A stretch of DNA of 64,000 nucleotides from Oscillospiraceae bacterium (GCA_009777155.1 WRMK01000002.1:213-64212), one strand, 5' to 3'; counted from the first letter of the stretch, positions 1-9,220 are shown. A program made the numbers and translations. Notes: generated by a model from the letters alone, not told the origin.

Positions 1-52
1 ATCTTTCGGCGGCTCAGACACCGACCCCCTGCACTGCACCGCCCCCTGCCGA
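1..52. repeat. partial copy (one arm) of the long-arm hairpin element family
   Basis: ggctcagacaccgaccccctgc...gccccctgccgacccaccgc resembles the right arm of the copy at 41507-41792. Confidence 0.5.
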
Positions 53-68
53 CCCACCGCGGTCATCC

Positions 69-1163
69 CTACGACCCAAAATACCCCTTCGCCCGCAACA
101 ACTCCGCCACCAACACCGCGCCGCCCGCCGCGCCCCGCAAAGTATTATGCGACAAGCCGATGAACTTATAATCGTACTGGCTATCGGCGCGAAGCCGCCC
201 GAGCGAAAAGCCCATGCCGTTTTCGCGGTTGCGGTGAAGTCGGGTTTGGGGGAAATCTTCTTCTTCAAAATACTGCAAGGGCTGTATGGGGGCAGAGGGC
301 AGTTTCAGCTCTTGCGGTGCGGATTTGAAGCTGTTCCAGTCGGTGATAATCTGCTCCCTTGACGGCTTAGTGCCACCGGAAAATCTCATGAAAACCGCCG
401 CCATATGCCCGTCTGCAACAGGAACTCGGGAGCATTGCGCGGTTATGTTAACATTACTCGCATTGACGATTACGCCGGTTTGCGCGTTGATAGTACCCCA
501 AATTTTCAACGGCTCGTTCTCGGCTTTTTCTTCCTCGCCCACGCCCACGAAAGGTATAATATTGTCCACAATTTCGGGCCAAGTCTCGAAGGTCTTCCCC
601 GCGCCCGAAATCGCCTGATAGGTGCAAACCAAAACATCTTTCAAGCCGTACTTCAGCAACGGGCTTAACGCAGGTACATAGCTCTGAATAGTGCAATTCG
701 ACTTTGCGGCGATAAACCCGCGCTTAGTGCCGAGCCGCTGACGTTGCAGTGGTATAATCTCGGTGTGAACGTGATTCACTTCCGGAATCAGCATAGGCAC
801 ATCGGGGGTCGTGCGGTGGGCCGAATTATTCGACACAACAGGGCACTCCGCCCTCGCATAAGCTTCTTCCAAGGCGAAAATCTCGTCCTTTTTCATTTCC
901 ACAGCCGAGAACACAAAATCGACTTGACTTGCGACTGCATCTACGTCCGAAGCATCTATAACAAGCAGATTTTTCAGACTTTCCGGGAGCGGCGCACCCA
1001 TCATCCAGCGGTCTTTCATGACCTCGCCATAGGGCAGCCCCGCCGAACGCGGCGACGCCGCAAGCGCAGTGACCTCAAACCAAGGGTGATTGTGAAGCAA
1101 CAGCGCGAACCGCTGCCCGACCATACCTGTCGCCCCGATTATGCCTACTCTTAATTTCTCCAT
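69..1163 (-). CDS. asd: aspartate-semialdehyde dehydrogenase
   Basis: 364-aa ORF; N-terminal GxxGxxG (IIGATGMVGQR), SNNSAHR...IPEVN and KSNCTI active-site region typical of Asd. Confidence 0.9.
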   Translation of the reverse strand: MEKLRVGIIGATGMVGQRFALLLHNHPWFEVTALAASPRSAGLPYGEVMKDRWMMGAPLPESLKNLLVIDASDVDAVASQVDFVFSAVEMKKDEIFALEEAYARAECPVVSNNSAHRTTPDVPMLIPEVNHVHTEIIPLQRQRLGTKRGFIAAKSNCTIQSYVPALSPLLKYGLKDVLVCTYQAISGAGKTFETWPEIVDNIIPFVGVGEEEKAENEPLKIWGTINAQTGVIVNASNVNITAQCSRVPVADGHMAAVFMRFSGGTKPSREQIITDWNSFKSAPQELKLPSAPIQPLQYFEEEDFPQTRLHRNRENGMGFSLGRLRADSQYDYKFIGLSHNTLRGAAGGAVLVAELLRAKGYFGS

Positions 1164-1325
1164 TTATTTTTCCACCTTTGTATTTTTAGATTTTTGCGGT
1201 TTACTTTGAATTTTCTCGTCGCCGATAAACCCGCGCAACGACGCCTTAACTTTCTCAACATCGTTCGTATTGTCTGCGATGTCAAGCACCATCTTTAAGA
1301 TAGTTTTGAATTGATAATCAGTCAT
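1164..1325 (-). CDS. small hypothetical protein (53 aa) abutting asd
   Basis: ATG at 1325 preceded by GGAGG (spacer 5); its stop codon directly abuts the asd start codon. Confidence 0.45.
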   Translation of the reverse strand: MTDYQFKTILKMVLDIADNTNDVEKVKASLRGFIGDEKIQSKPQKSKNTKVEK

Positions 1326-1414
1326 TACGTCCTCCCTTTCTGTTGTTGCAAATGCGCTCATGTACAACACCTCCTAATACTATCACAAAACTGCACTATG
1401 TTTCTGTGAATTTG

Positions 1415-1439
1415 CGGACGGGCAATGCCCGCCCCTACA
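1415..1439. repeat. REP-like hairpin (GTAGGGGCGGGCATTGCCCGTCCG type) overlapping the eda stop codon
   Basis: cggacgggcaatgcccgcccctaca; the TAG of the GTAG head is the eda stop (1435-1437). Confidence 0.8.
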
Positions 1440-2055
1440 GACCGGTTGCCTGTCTTGCAATCCTTGTAATTTCTGCCCAGTTTTTATCCCTAATCAGCTC
1501 CTCGCCCGCCATCCAGCTCCCACCACAGGCAATCACCGACTTCAATGCGAGATACTCCGCTATATTCGCGGGGGTAATCCCGCCGGTCGGCATGAAACTT
1601 ACGCCGCCATACGGCGCGGACAAGGCTTTGAGCATTCTCACGCCGCCCGCCGCCTCGGCAGGGAAGAATTTCAGGGTGTTCAGCCCGTGCGACAAGCCCA
1701 TTTCGACCTCGCTCGGTGTGCAAACGCCCGGTATGACGAGAATGTTGTTTTGTGTGCAATAAGATACAACGGCAGGGTTAAACCCGGGGCTGACGATGAA
1801 ACCGGCACCCGCCGACACCGCCTTTTGCACAGTTTCAACGCTCAAAACCGTCCCCGCCCCAAGCAGAACATCGGGCAACTCGGCCGCCACCCGCCGCAAG
1901 GATTCCTCGGCCGCATCCGTGCGAAATGTAATCTCCGCCGCCGCCAAACCACCCTGCGACAACGCCCTGCAAAGCGGCACGGCGTCCGCAGAATCATGAA
2001 TCGTGATAACCGGAATTATACGTGCGGATTTAATTTTGTTGAGAATTTCGTTCAT
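1435..2055 (-). CDS. eda: 2-dehydro-3-deoxyphosphogluconate (KDPG) / KHG aldolase
   Basis: MNEILNKIKSARIIPVITI...FKFFPAE...MPTGGI motifs. Start trimmed to ATG 2055 because the upstream part of the tracked ORF runs into REP repeats. Confidence 0.88.
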   Translation of the reverse strand: MNEILNKIKSARIIPVITIHDSADAVPLCRALSQGGLAAAEITFRTDAAEESLRRVAAELPDVLLGAGTVLSVETVQKAVSAGAGFIVSPGFNPAVVSYCTQNNILVIPGVCTPSEVEMGLSHGLNTLKFFPAEAAGGVRMLKALSAPYGGVSFMPTGGITPANIAEYLALKSVIACGGSWMAGEELIRDKNWAEITRIARQATGL

Positions 2056-2113
2056 GTTGTTCTCCTTTATCTGTGCGGGCGTTCGCCCGTTTCCACATTT
2101 CATGATACCTATC

Positions 2114-2460
2114 GTAGGGACGACCGCCCTCGGTCGTCCGTAAATTTTCAACGATTGCGTGAATTTTTCTGTCGCCTGTAAATTTTTCGGTGTAGGGAAC
2201 GGTTCTTAACCGTTCCGCTTACAAAACCGCAGAAACTTTCGGAACGGTTAAGAACCGTTCCCTACACAACCCCGCGCCATGTTTCCGTGGACTTTACGGA
2301 CGACCGAGGGCGGTCGTCCCTACGGTTGAAAACACCGCGCAAATATGCGTAAATTACACAACCGCCGAAACTTTCGGAACGGTTAAGAACCGTTCCCTAC
2401 AGAACCCCGCGCCATGTTTCCGTGGACTTTACGGACGACCGAGGGCGGTCGTCCCTACGG
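2114..2460. repeat. REP-like hairpin cluster (about 8 units, includes a tandem duplication of about 135 nt)
   Basis: GTAGGGACGACCGCCCTCGGTCGTCCG and GTAGGGAACGGTTCTTAACCGTTCCG units in both orientations. Confidence 0.85.
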
Positions 2461-2558
2461 TTGAAAACCCCGCGCCAAGTTTCCGTGGGATTGCACCCGC
2501 GAAAAAACTTGTAGAGTTGTAAACTATTCAATCATAAAACCGTCGCGAAGCGACTCCA

Positions 2559-2594
2559 CAATTGTCCATTATCAATTGTCCATTATCAATTGTC
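2559..2594 (-). repeat. heptanucleotide array overlapping the uxuB-like stop codon
   Basis: Sense strand reads GACAAT TGATAAT GGACAAT TGATAAT GGACAAT; it encodes the last residues QLIMDN and the stop. Confidence 0.8.
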
Positions 2595-4404
2595 GCAAGA
2601 CACTCCTCACCGCCCCCGGCTCCAAAGTCATCTCCTCAAACACATCGACAACCTTCTCCGCCAAACCCGCCTCGTACAAATTCACGCCGAAGATTTTTTC
2701 GTCCTCCAACAGCGGGCGAATCCGCTCGCGCCAATGCGGGTTGTTGGGCGGCTCGGGCAGAATTATGGCTTCTGCGGTGGTCTCATTTTCGCAATCTTCG
2801 GAAGTATCGAGGTCATCTAAATCAATCGAATCATCGCGAGTTTCGGGCGTATTTACACCCGCACTTGTCGCCGAAATATCCGCGTTATCACCTGCTCCGC
2901 CGTCTTGTGAAACGCCGTCTTCGCCAATTTCCTCGGGCGGCGGCGCGGGGTGAAACTTGACATGCTTCAAGAACGAATTAAGGTGTAGGTAAAGCGGGTC
3001 GGGACTGAGTTCCATAAAGCCGCCGTTGTCGTCCAGCCCCAGCAAATACCTCAACCAACCCGACAAAACGAGCGGTATCGCCACCAATTTTTCGGGGTCT
3101 AAATCGGGTCGGGCGATATAGGTTTTCAGGGTCTCGCCAAAGCGAATCGCAAGCTTTTGCGATGTATCCGTGGCGATTCTCTGGGGCGAATCGGGCAGGA
3201 ACGGGTTCGGCAGCCGCACGTTAATCACCTCGTCCAAGAAGTCGCGCGGGCTGATAATCCCGGGGTCGGTCACAGCGGGCAGACCCTCCTCGTAGCCCAA
3301 TTTCTCCACAAGCCGCCGCAAATCCGGGTCGTTCATTTCCTCACTGATTTTGTTGTACCCAAGCAAGCATCCAAACACGGCAAGCGCGGTGTGAAGCGGG
3401 TTTAGGCAGGTGCAGACCTTCATTCTCTCGGCTTTTTCAACCGTCTCGCGGTCGGTGAAAATAATGTTTGCATTTTTCAATGTATCGAGCGGCGGGCGGC
3501 CGTTCGGGAAATTATTTTCGATAATCAGATACTCGGCTTGCTCGGCGTTGACGAAGGCGGCGGCGCAAGAATTTTTCGAGGTGACAATCGGCGCCATGCC
3601 CAAAATCCCGCCGCTCTCGAGCATTCTGCGGATTTCTTTGTGTGGGGCGGGGGTAATTTTGTCAATCATGCTCCACGGAAACGAGACTTTTTCGCTTTGG
3701 ATATATTTCACAAAGCCTTTCTTGACCAATCCCGCCGCTTCCCACGTTTCGGCAAAGGTCAAGATTGCACTTTTCAGCTTATCGCCGTTGTGGGAGCAGT
3801 TGTCCATGCTGACAAGCGCAATAGGTTTACACCCATTTGCGTATCGCTCGTGCAACAGCGCGGTGATTCTGCCCATGTAACTTCTCGGGGTTGACACCCC
3901 GTTTTCAAAATCATGCAGAATATCGGGCGGCGTTTCACGCGCAGGGCTTTGAAGCGAGTACCCTTTTTCGGTAATCGTAAAACTCGCCATTTGCAGTGAC
4001 GGGGCGCGGAAAATTTCTTTGAGCCGTGTGAAATCCTCGTACTTCGTCCCCGCCTTCAACGCCTCGGTAATCGAGGCCACAGCGCGTTTCTCGACCGTGC
4101 CGTCGCTTTTCAAAGTAACCAAGATGAACAGGTTATCGTACGGCGTGAACGCCATGTCGATAATCTCGTAATCGTAGCCCTCGGCGGCAATCACGCCCTT
4201 GTCGTAGCCGCCCGAGACAAGCTCCTGACACGCCCGCGCCAAGTAGGCACGGAAGATATTCCCCGCCCCGAAGTGAATCCAAGTAGGCGCGGTTTTTGTC
4301 GCTTCAATCAGTGTAAACCTATCGTAGTTTACAGGCTCAACCCCCGCGGCAAGCCACTTTTCTCTGTTTAGGGTCGAGAGTAGGGTTTGGTTGTTTAGGT
4401 GCAT
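2572..4404 (-). CDS. uxuB: mannitol dehydrogenase family oxidoreductase (fructuronate/tagaturonate reductase-like)
   Basis: WIHFGAGNIFRAY Rossmann start and ITEKGY motif; lies with uxuA/uxaC/eda; carries a 72-aa acidic insertion near the C-terminus. Confidence 0.75.
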   Translation of the reverse strand: MHLNNQTLLSTLNREKWLAAGVEPVNYDRFTLIEATKTAPTWIHFGAGNIFRAYLARACQELVSGGYDKGVIAAEGYDYEIIDMAFTPYDNLFILVTLKSDGTVEKRAVASITEALKAGTKYEDFTRLKEIFRAPSLQMASFTITEKGYSLQSPARETPPDILHDFENGVSTPRSYMGRITALLHERYANGCKPIALVSMDNCSHNGDKLKSAILTFAETWEAAGLVKKGFVKYIQSEKVSFPWSMIDKITPAPHKEIRRMLESGGILGMAPIVTSKNSCAAAFVNAEQAEYLIIENNFPNGRPPLDTLKNANIIFTDRETVEKAERMKVCTCLNPLHTALAVFGCLLGYNKISEEMNDPDLRRLVEKLGYEEGLPAVTDPGIISPRDFLDEVINVRLPNPFLPDSPQRIATDTSQKLAIRFGETLKTYIARPDLDPEKLVAIPLVLSGWLRYLLGLDDNGGFMELSPDPLYLHLNSFLKHVKFHPAPPPEEIGEDGVSQDGGAGDNADISATSAGVNTPETRDDSIDLDDLDTSEDCENETTAEAIILPEPPNNPHWRERIRPLLEDEKIFGVNLYEAGLAEKVVDVFEEMTLEPGAVRSVLRQLIMDN

Positions 4405-4460
4405 TGTAAGATTTGTTCCTTTCGAGGTTTGTGATAATATGTCTAATTTAATTATTATTT

Positions 4461-4730
4461 TTAGCCTTCCATAATCATTTTTATCTCACTTTTCAGAACA
4501 GGCTTACTTTCACCTATTCTTTTTACAGACGCTTCATAATATTCGGGGTCAATTTCTATGCCGATAAATTTTCTGTCAAGGCTTAATGCGGCTACGCCGG
4601 TGCTTCCTACGCCCATAAAAGGGTCAAACACAACATCGCCCACATTACTTGCTAAATTTATGATGTGCTTTAGTATTCTTACAGGTTTTTGGGTGGGGTG
4701 TTTAGCAATAATTTTCCAAAGAAATTCTAT
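4461..4730 (-). pseudogene. 5'-truncated N4/N6 DNA methyltransferase remnant
   Basis: In-frame reading gives HPTQKPVRILKHIINLASNVGDVVFDPFMGVGSTGVAA...FIGIEIDPEYY, the C-terminal half of a pfam01555-type MTase. No DPPY motif and no start codon; an upstream stop lies at 4731-4733. Confidence 0.7.
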
Positions 4731-5037
4731 TTATCGTTTCCCGCAAAGGTTCTTCAATTGATAACTCGTTATTCATCCATGCAGAATATATTTCACTAAG
4801 CGGGTCTTTAAAAGAGTTAAGCACTAACACATCTTTTTCGCTGTCTAAAAATCCGGTTAAATGCTCATAACCGTAAGAGCAAATTTGTTCAGTTATAATT
4901 TGCTTTATTGCGACTTCGTAAGATTTATCTACAATGTCGTTCGCGCTCAAGCCATTTAAGGTTTTTTTAAGGTTTTCAAACTCATTATAAACCTTTTTTG
5001 CAAGCACTTTGTATGCTGTTTGGGTGTTGTCACTCAT
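4702..5037 (-). CDS. hypothetical protein (111 aa) in the AT-rich islet
   Basis: ORF only; overlaps the MTase remnant in another frame. Confidence 0.4.
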   Translation of the reverse strand: MSDNTQTAYKVLAKKVYNEFENLKKTLNGLSANDIVDKSYEVAIKQIITEQICSYGYEHLTGFLDSEKDVLVLNSFKDPLSEIYSAWMNNELSIEEPLRETINRISLENYC

Positions 5038-5078
5038 AAAATACTCCTTACTTAAAGCGGGATTGTTTCTTCAAACAT

Positions 5079-5720
5079 TCAGCCTGTCAGGAAAATTTTT
5101 TCTCTATGAAAATCTAAATAATTTTCCCTTCCGCATATCGGCAAATTTTCATAAACTTTTTCTTTTATTTGAAGTTTTTCCGCCGTTTCTTTTTTTAATT
5201 TTGCGGATAGCACCAATTCTTTTTTGTTTGAAAAAGTAATTAAACCTTTATCAAACAGCACATCATACAAGGGGGACAAAATAAAACCATTGTTGGTATC
5301 GAGCTTTTCAAAGCTATCAGACAAACACCACGGTTTTATGTGGCTCGCATACAGCAATCTTTTGTCGGACACTAAAGTTATCGGACACATCTTTAAGTTT
5401 TTCAACAATTCTTTTCTAAATTGCTGTTGCAAAGTCCTAACCTTAACAATTACATTTTTTTCTGTAATGAGGTCGTTCTTATATTCCTCCGGCAACATAT
5501 TCGTTATGTCATAATCCACAAGTGCGTATACACCGTCATCTACTCGTTTTATAGTTCCTTTTTTCATTTCCCGATACAAAACGCCTCTCAGCCCCGCTTG
5601 CCAATTTGAGGATTTTTTTGCATCGGGATAATATTTTTCGATTTCGTTGTATATTATCTGCCAGTTTATAATGCCGTTATACGTGGTCATTAAAGTTTTG
5701 ATTGCTTCTATTTTTGTCAT
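5079..5720 (-). CDS. HNH endonuclease (HNH_2-type) with an N-terminal winged-helix-like domain
   Basis: ASHIKPW...NGFILSPLYDVLFDKGLITF is the HNH_2 signature as I recall it. Confidence 0.65.
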   Translation of the reverse strand: MTKIEAIKTLMTTYNGIINWQIIYNEIEKYYPDAKKSSNWQAGLRGVLYREMKKGTIKRVDDGVYALVDYDITNMLPEEYKNDLITEKNVIVKVRTLQQQFRKELLKNLKMCPITLVSDKRLLYASHIKPWCLSDSFEKLDTNNGFILSPLYDVLFDKGLITFSNKKELVLSAKLKKETAEKLQIKEKVYENLPICGRENYLDFHREKIFLTG

Positions 5721-5767
5721 TTTTGTTCCTCAATATTTTCCTTCTTGGGCGATTGCTTGCCTTTAAG

Positions 5768-5791
5768 CCAAAATCCCACTTAAATAACAAA
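5768..5791. repeat. direct repeat copy 1 (duplicate of the uxuA 3' end)
   Basis: ccaaaatcccacttaaataacaaa compared with 6372-6395 ccaaaatcccactcaaataacaaa (23/24 identical). Confidence 0.8.
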
Positions 5792-6250
5792 ATGCTCTTG
5801 TGTTGCGGGTTTGAAAAAGTGGTTGTCTACTTGATGAGTTGTTATATAACTTTCAATGTTTTTAGGCTTAAGACAAGTAAAATTCGTGTAATCTTCGGTT
5901 TTAGGCTTAACTCTACTATTATACTCTGTCATCAAGTAGTCTATATGTTGCGATTGTTGCGGAAGCAGATAAGAATCTATCTTGCTATAAACTTCATATG
6001 AATGTTTCGCTATAGCGTTGCCGATTTTTTCGAGTATATTTCCAAAGGAGCTGTCAAAACTACGCGCAAAAGCCGAATGAAACGTGAATTCATCGCCCAA
6101 CTCAGCGATAAAGCAATTGTTGCGTTTGGTGTTTATGTTTCCTGACGGGTTGTTTTTGTCTTTTTTATATCTTGCTTCAAGTCCATCGGCAAAGTTTTTT
6201 ATATTTTCGTCTACAATTTTTTCTATTGCTTTTCTCTTGTTAGTTTCCAT
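5780..6250 (-). CDS. putative type II restriction endonuclease fragment (TdeIII-like?), probably C-terminally truncated
   Basis: Start trimmed to ATG 6250 (METNKRK). The FARSFDSSFGNILEKIGNAIAK block resembles the RE_TdeIII core as I recall it. Ends before an E-x-K region. Confidence 0.35.
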   Translation of the reverse strand: METNKRKAIEKIVDENIKNFADGLEARYKKDKNNPSGNINTKRNNCFIAELGDEFTFHSAFARSFDSSFGNILEKIGNAIAKHSYEVYSKIDSYLLPQQSQHIDYLMTEYNSRVKPKTEDYTNFTCLKPKNIESYITTHQVDNHFFKPATQEHFVI

Positions 6251-6345
6251 GATTATTCTCCATGTCCTTCCTGCACAAAAGTGCATTTGAAAGTATCGTT
6301 CCCTCACAGTGAAATTCCCCTGATTTGCACCGGTTCTTTCAAACT

Positions 6346-7413
6346 TTAAACCTTCCCCTTCCTCACAGCCTCCAAAATCCCACTCAAATAACAAACCCCC
6401 ATAGCCCTATCATACAACCCATACCCCGGCATCGCCACCTCACCCCACACCATTCTGCCGTGGTCGGGGCGGAGCGGGCCGTTGAAGCCGATGTCGTGAA
6501 ACGCCTTGATAATCTCGTACATATCGAGCGAGCCGTCCTCGGACAAATGCGCCGACTCGTCAAATTTCCTGTAGCCGAGGTGCTTAATATTGCGGACGTG
6601 GGCGAAGTGAATTTTGCCCTTCAACGAACGGATTATGTCGGGCAAATCGTTGTCGGGATTAGACCCGAGCGACCCGGTACAAAGCGTAATTCCGTTGCAC
6701 GGCGAATCGACCAACCCCGCAATCTTATGCAAATCGTCCTTGTTTTTGACAATCCGCGGCAACCCGAACACGCTCCACGCGGGGTCGTCGGGGTGGATAG
6801 CCATTTTTATGTTATATTTTTCACAAGTGGGCATAATCGCCTTGAGAAAATAGCCGAGATTTTCGCGCAATTTGTCTTCATCAACGCCCTTGTAAATCCC
6901 GAAAAGCTCCTTGTTACGCGCCATACGCTCGGGTTCCCACCCCGGCAACACAAACTCACCGCGCTTACTTTCAAGGCTTTTGAGCATGTCTTCAAAGTCC
7001 ATGTTTTCGATAATGTCGCCGTCGTATGAAAGCACCGTCGCGCCGTCCGGGCGGGGCTTCGCCAAGTCCGAGCGGGTCCAGTCGAATACAGGCATGAAGT
7101 TGTAGCAAACCAAGTCTATGCCACATTCGCCAAGGCGTTCAAGGGTTTTTATGTAATTGGAAATGTACAGCTCACGGCTGTTCCCGCCCGCTTTAATATC
7201 GTCGTGAATATTCACACTCTCAATGCCCGACAACTCCAACCCCGCGCCTTCAACGCGGGCTTTGAGTGCCTTGATAGCCGAAGTCTCCCAAACCTCGCCC
7301 GGCATGGTGTCATAAAGGGTCGAAATCACGCCCTTAACAGCGGGGACTTGTCGGATTTGCTCGGGCGTAACGGCGTCAAAGCCGTCCCCGAACCAGCGGA
7401 AGGTCATCTTCAT
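6346..7413 (-). CDS. uxuA: mannonate dehydratase
   Basis: MKMTFRWFG... N-terminus and overall length typical of UxuA. Confidence 0.9.
   Translation of the reverse strand: MKMTFRWFGDGFDAVTPEQIRQVPAVKGVISTLYDTMPGEVWETSAIKALKARVEGAGLELSGIESVNIHDDIKAGGNSRELYISNYIKTLERLGECGIDLVCYNFMPVFDWTRSDLAKPRPDGATVLSYDGDIIENMDFEDMLKSLESKRGEFVLPGWEPERMARNKELFGIYKGVDEDKLRENLGYFLKAIMPTCEKYNIKMAIHPDDPAWSVFGLPRIVKNKDDLHKIAGLVDSPCNGITLCTGSLGSNPDNDLPDIIRSLKGKIHFAHVRNIKHLGYRKFDESAHLSEDGSLDMYEIIKAFHDIGFNGPLRPDHGRMVWGEVAMPGYGLYDRAMGVCYLSGILEAVRKGKV
6372..6395. repeat. direct repeat copy 2 (inside the uxuA 3' coding end)
   Basis: Encodes CYLSGIL of UxuA; duplicated at 5768-5791. Confidence 0.8.
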
Positions 7414-7453
7414 GTTTTCAGTTCCGTCCTTTCGGTCGTTGGTAAGGTTTGGT

Positions 7454-7716
7454 GTAGGGAACGGTTCTTAACCGTTCCGCAAAGTTTCAGCGGCTTTGTA
7501 ATCGTTCCGCAAAGTTTCAGCGAATTTATAAATTACGCGCAATTTCGCGCAGTTTCATCAACGGAACGGTTAAGAACCGTTCCCTACATTAAAATGCCAA
7601 TAAAAATTATTAACGGCAGGGAAATTTTTTCGGCGTAGGGGCGAACTGTGTTCGCCCGTGGATTTTTCGGCGGTTGTGCGGATTTGCGGACGCGCCATGG
7701 CGACCCCGTCCCTACA
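7454..7716. repeat. REP-like hairpin cluster
   Basis: GTAGGGAACGGTTCTTAACCGTTCCG and GTAGGGGCGAACTGTGTTCGCCCG, plus an inverted doublet with an AT-rich spacer. Confidence 0.85.
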
Positions 7717-7766
7717 CATAACACGCCCACCCCATACAACAAAGGCAAAAACCTTGCCCCCCGCAC

Positions 7767-7796
7767 CAATTGTCCATTGTCCACTATCAACTATTC
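7767..7796 (-). repeat. heptanucleotide array overlapping the uxaC stop codon
   Basis: Sense strand reads AAT AGT TGA TAG TGG ACA ATG GAC AAT TGG. Confidence 0.75.
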
Positions 7797-9220
7797 AAAA
7801 AATAACCCCTCGCATTATAATACGCAACACCCTTAACAATTTCCTCTAATTTCTCAAAATCCGCGGGATATTCGCCGTTTTCGACCCATGTCCCTATTAA
7901 ATTACACAGAATCCGCCTGAAATATTCATGCCGTGCGTAAGATAAATAGCTTCTCGAATCGGTCAGCATGCCCGCAAAGTGAGCCAATACGCCGTTGTTG
8001 GCAAAGGCGCGGAGTTGCAGTTCTATGCCGTCTTTGTGGTCGTTGAACCACCACGCCGGGCCGACTTGCACCTTGGCCTTGGCCGGCTTGTCGCTTTTGC
8101 GGCAATTCCCCTGAAAACAGCCCGCGATTACCGTCAACAGGTCGTTTTCCTTTGGGTTCAAGCCGAACAGGAAAGTCCGGGGCAGGCTCTCGGAAATTTC
8201 CAAGCGGTCCAAAATATGCGCGAGTGCGTCGGCATAATTCTCGTCGCCCATGCAGTCGTAGCCCTTATCCGCGCCGAGAATCGCCGTCATCGACGTATTC
8301 ACCTGCCGCGCCGCACCCATGTGCAACTGCATCGACCAACCCAGCTCGTTGTATTTTTTGGCAAGCGCAATCAGCATCTCGGTCTTGAAGCCGTTGATTT
8401 CGTCCGCAGTCAGCCGTTCGCCCGAGGTTGTGAAAGTGAGTGCTTTTGTGATAATTTTGTTCAATTTTTTCTCGTTCGCGCCTACATAAACAGGCGGGTC
8501 GAGCGCGTGGTCGGCCATGTTGCAATTGTGCGAATTAAAATAATCCACGCGATTCACCGCCGCCTCAATCAAGCTCTCCCAATCGTAGACCGTCACCCGC
8601 GAAATATCCGACAACTTGCCTATGTAGGCGGACCATTCGGGGTTTTCGACGTTCAGCAACGCCGACGGTCGGAAGGTCGGCTTTAGGTTCACAGTCCTCG
8701 AATTATCGGAGTTGTAGGCGATTGAGCGGTGAAACTCAAGCGTATCGCAAGGGTCGTCCGAGGTGCAAATCGCCTCAACATTGAACTTTTGCAGAATATC
8801 ACTGACTTTCAAGCCCTTTTTCAGCACGGTCTTGCAATGCTCCCAAATTTCTTTCGCGGTTTTTGCCGAAAGCGGGGTGTAGCAGTCGAAAACCCGTTGC
8901 AACTCGAGATGAGTCCAGTGGTAGAGCGGGTTGCCAATGCAATGCTCAATCGCCGCCGCCCATTTCTTGAACTTCTCGAAGTCGGATTTCGCGCCGGTTA
9001 TGTACTCCTCGTCAATCCCGCACGCACGCATCGCCCGCCATTTATAATGGTCGGTTTTGAGCCACAACTCGGTGAGATTTGTGTAGACCTTGTCCCGGGC
9101 GATGTCCTGCGGGTCAAGGTGGCAGTGCCAGTCGATAATCGGCAGGTTTTCCACGGCGGCGTAAAGCCGCTTCGCCGTTTCACTTTGCAAAAGAAAATCA
9201 ACGTCCATGAACTTCCTCAT
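7787..9220 (-). CDS. uxaC: glucuronate (uronate) isomerase
   Basis: LPIIDWHCHLDPQ and TDHYKWRAMR motifs; 477 aa. Confidence 0.93.
   Translation of the reverse strand: MRKFMDVDFLLQSETAKRLYAAVENLPIIDWHCHLDPQDIARDKVYTNLTELWLKTDHYKWRAMRACGIDEEYITGAKSDFEKFKKWAAAIEHCIGNPLYHWTHLELQRVFDCYTPLSAKTAKEIWEHCKTVLKKGLKVSDILQKFNVEAICTSDDPCDTLEFHRSIAYNSDNSRTVNLKPTFRPSALLNVENPEWSAYIGKLSDISRVTVYDWESLIEAAVNRVDYFNSHNCNMADHALDPPVYVGANEKKLNKIITKALTFTTSGERLTADEINGFKTEMLIALAKKYNELGWSMQLHMGAARQVNTSMTAILGADKGYDCMGDENYADALAHILDRLEISESLPRTFLFGLNPKENDLLTVIAGCFQGNCRKSDKPAKAKVQVGPAWWFNDHKDGIELQLRAFANNGVLAHFAGMLTDSRSYLSYARHEYFRRILCNLIGTWVENGEYPADFEKLEEIVKGVAYYNARGYFLNS

Noticed and set aside
6251-6394. N-terminal 48 codons of the 204-aa ORF 5780-6394
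   Set aside because: The extension runs into the uxuA 3' coding end. The sequence METNKRK at ATG 6250 is the plausible start.
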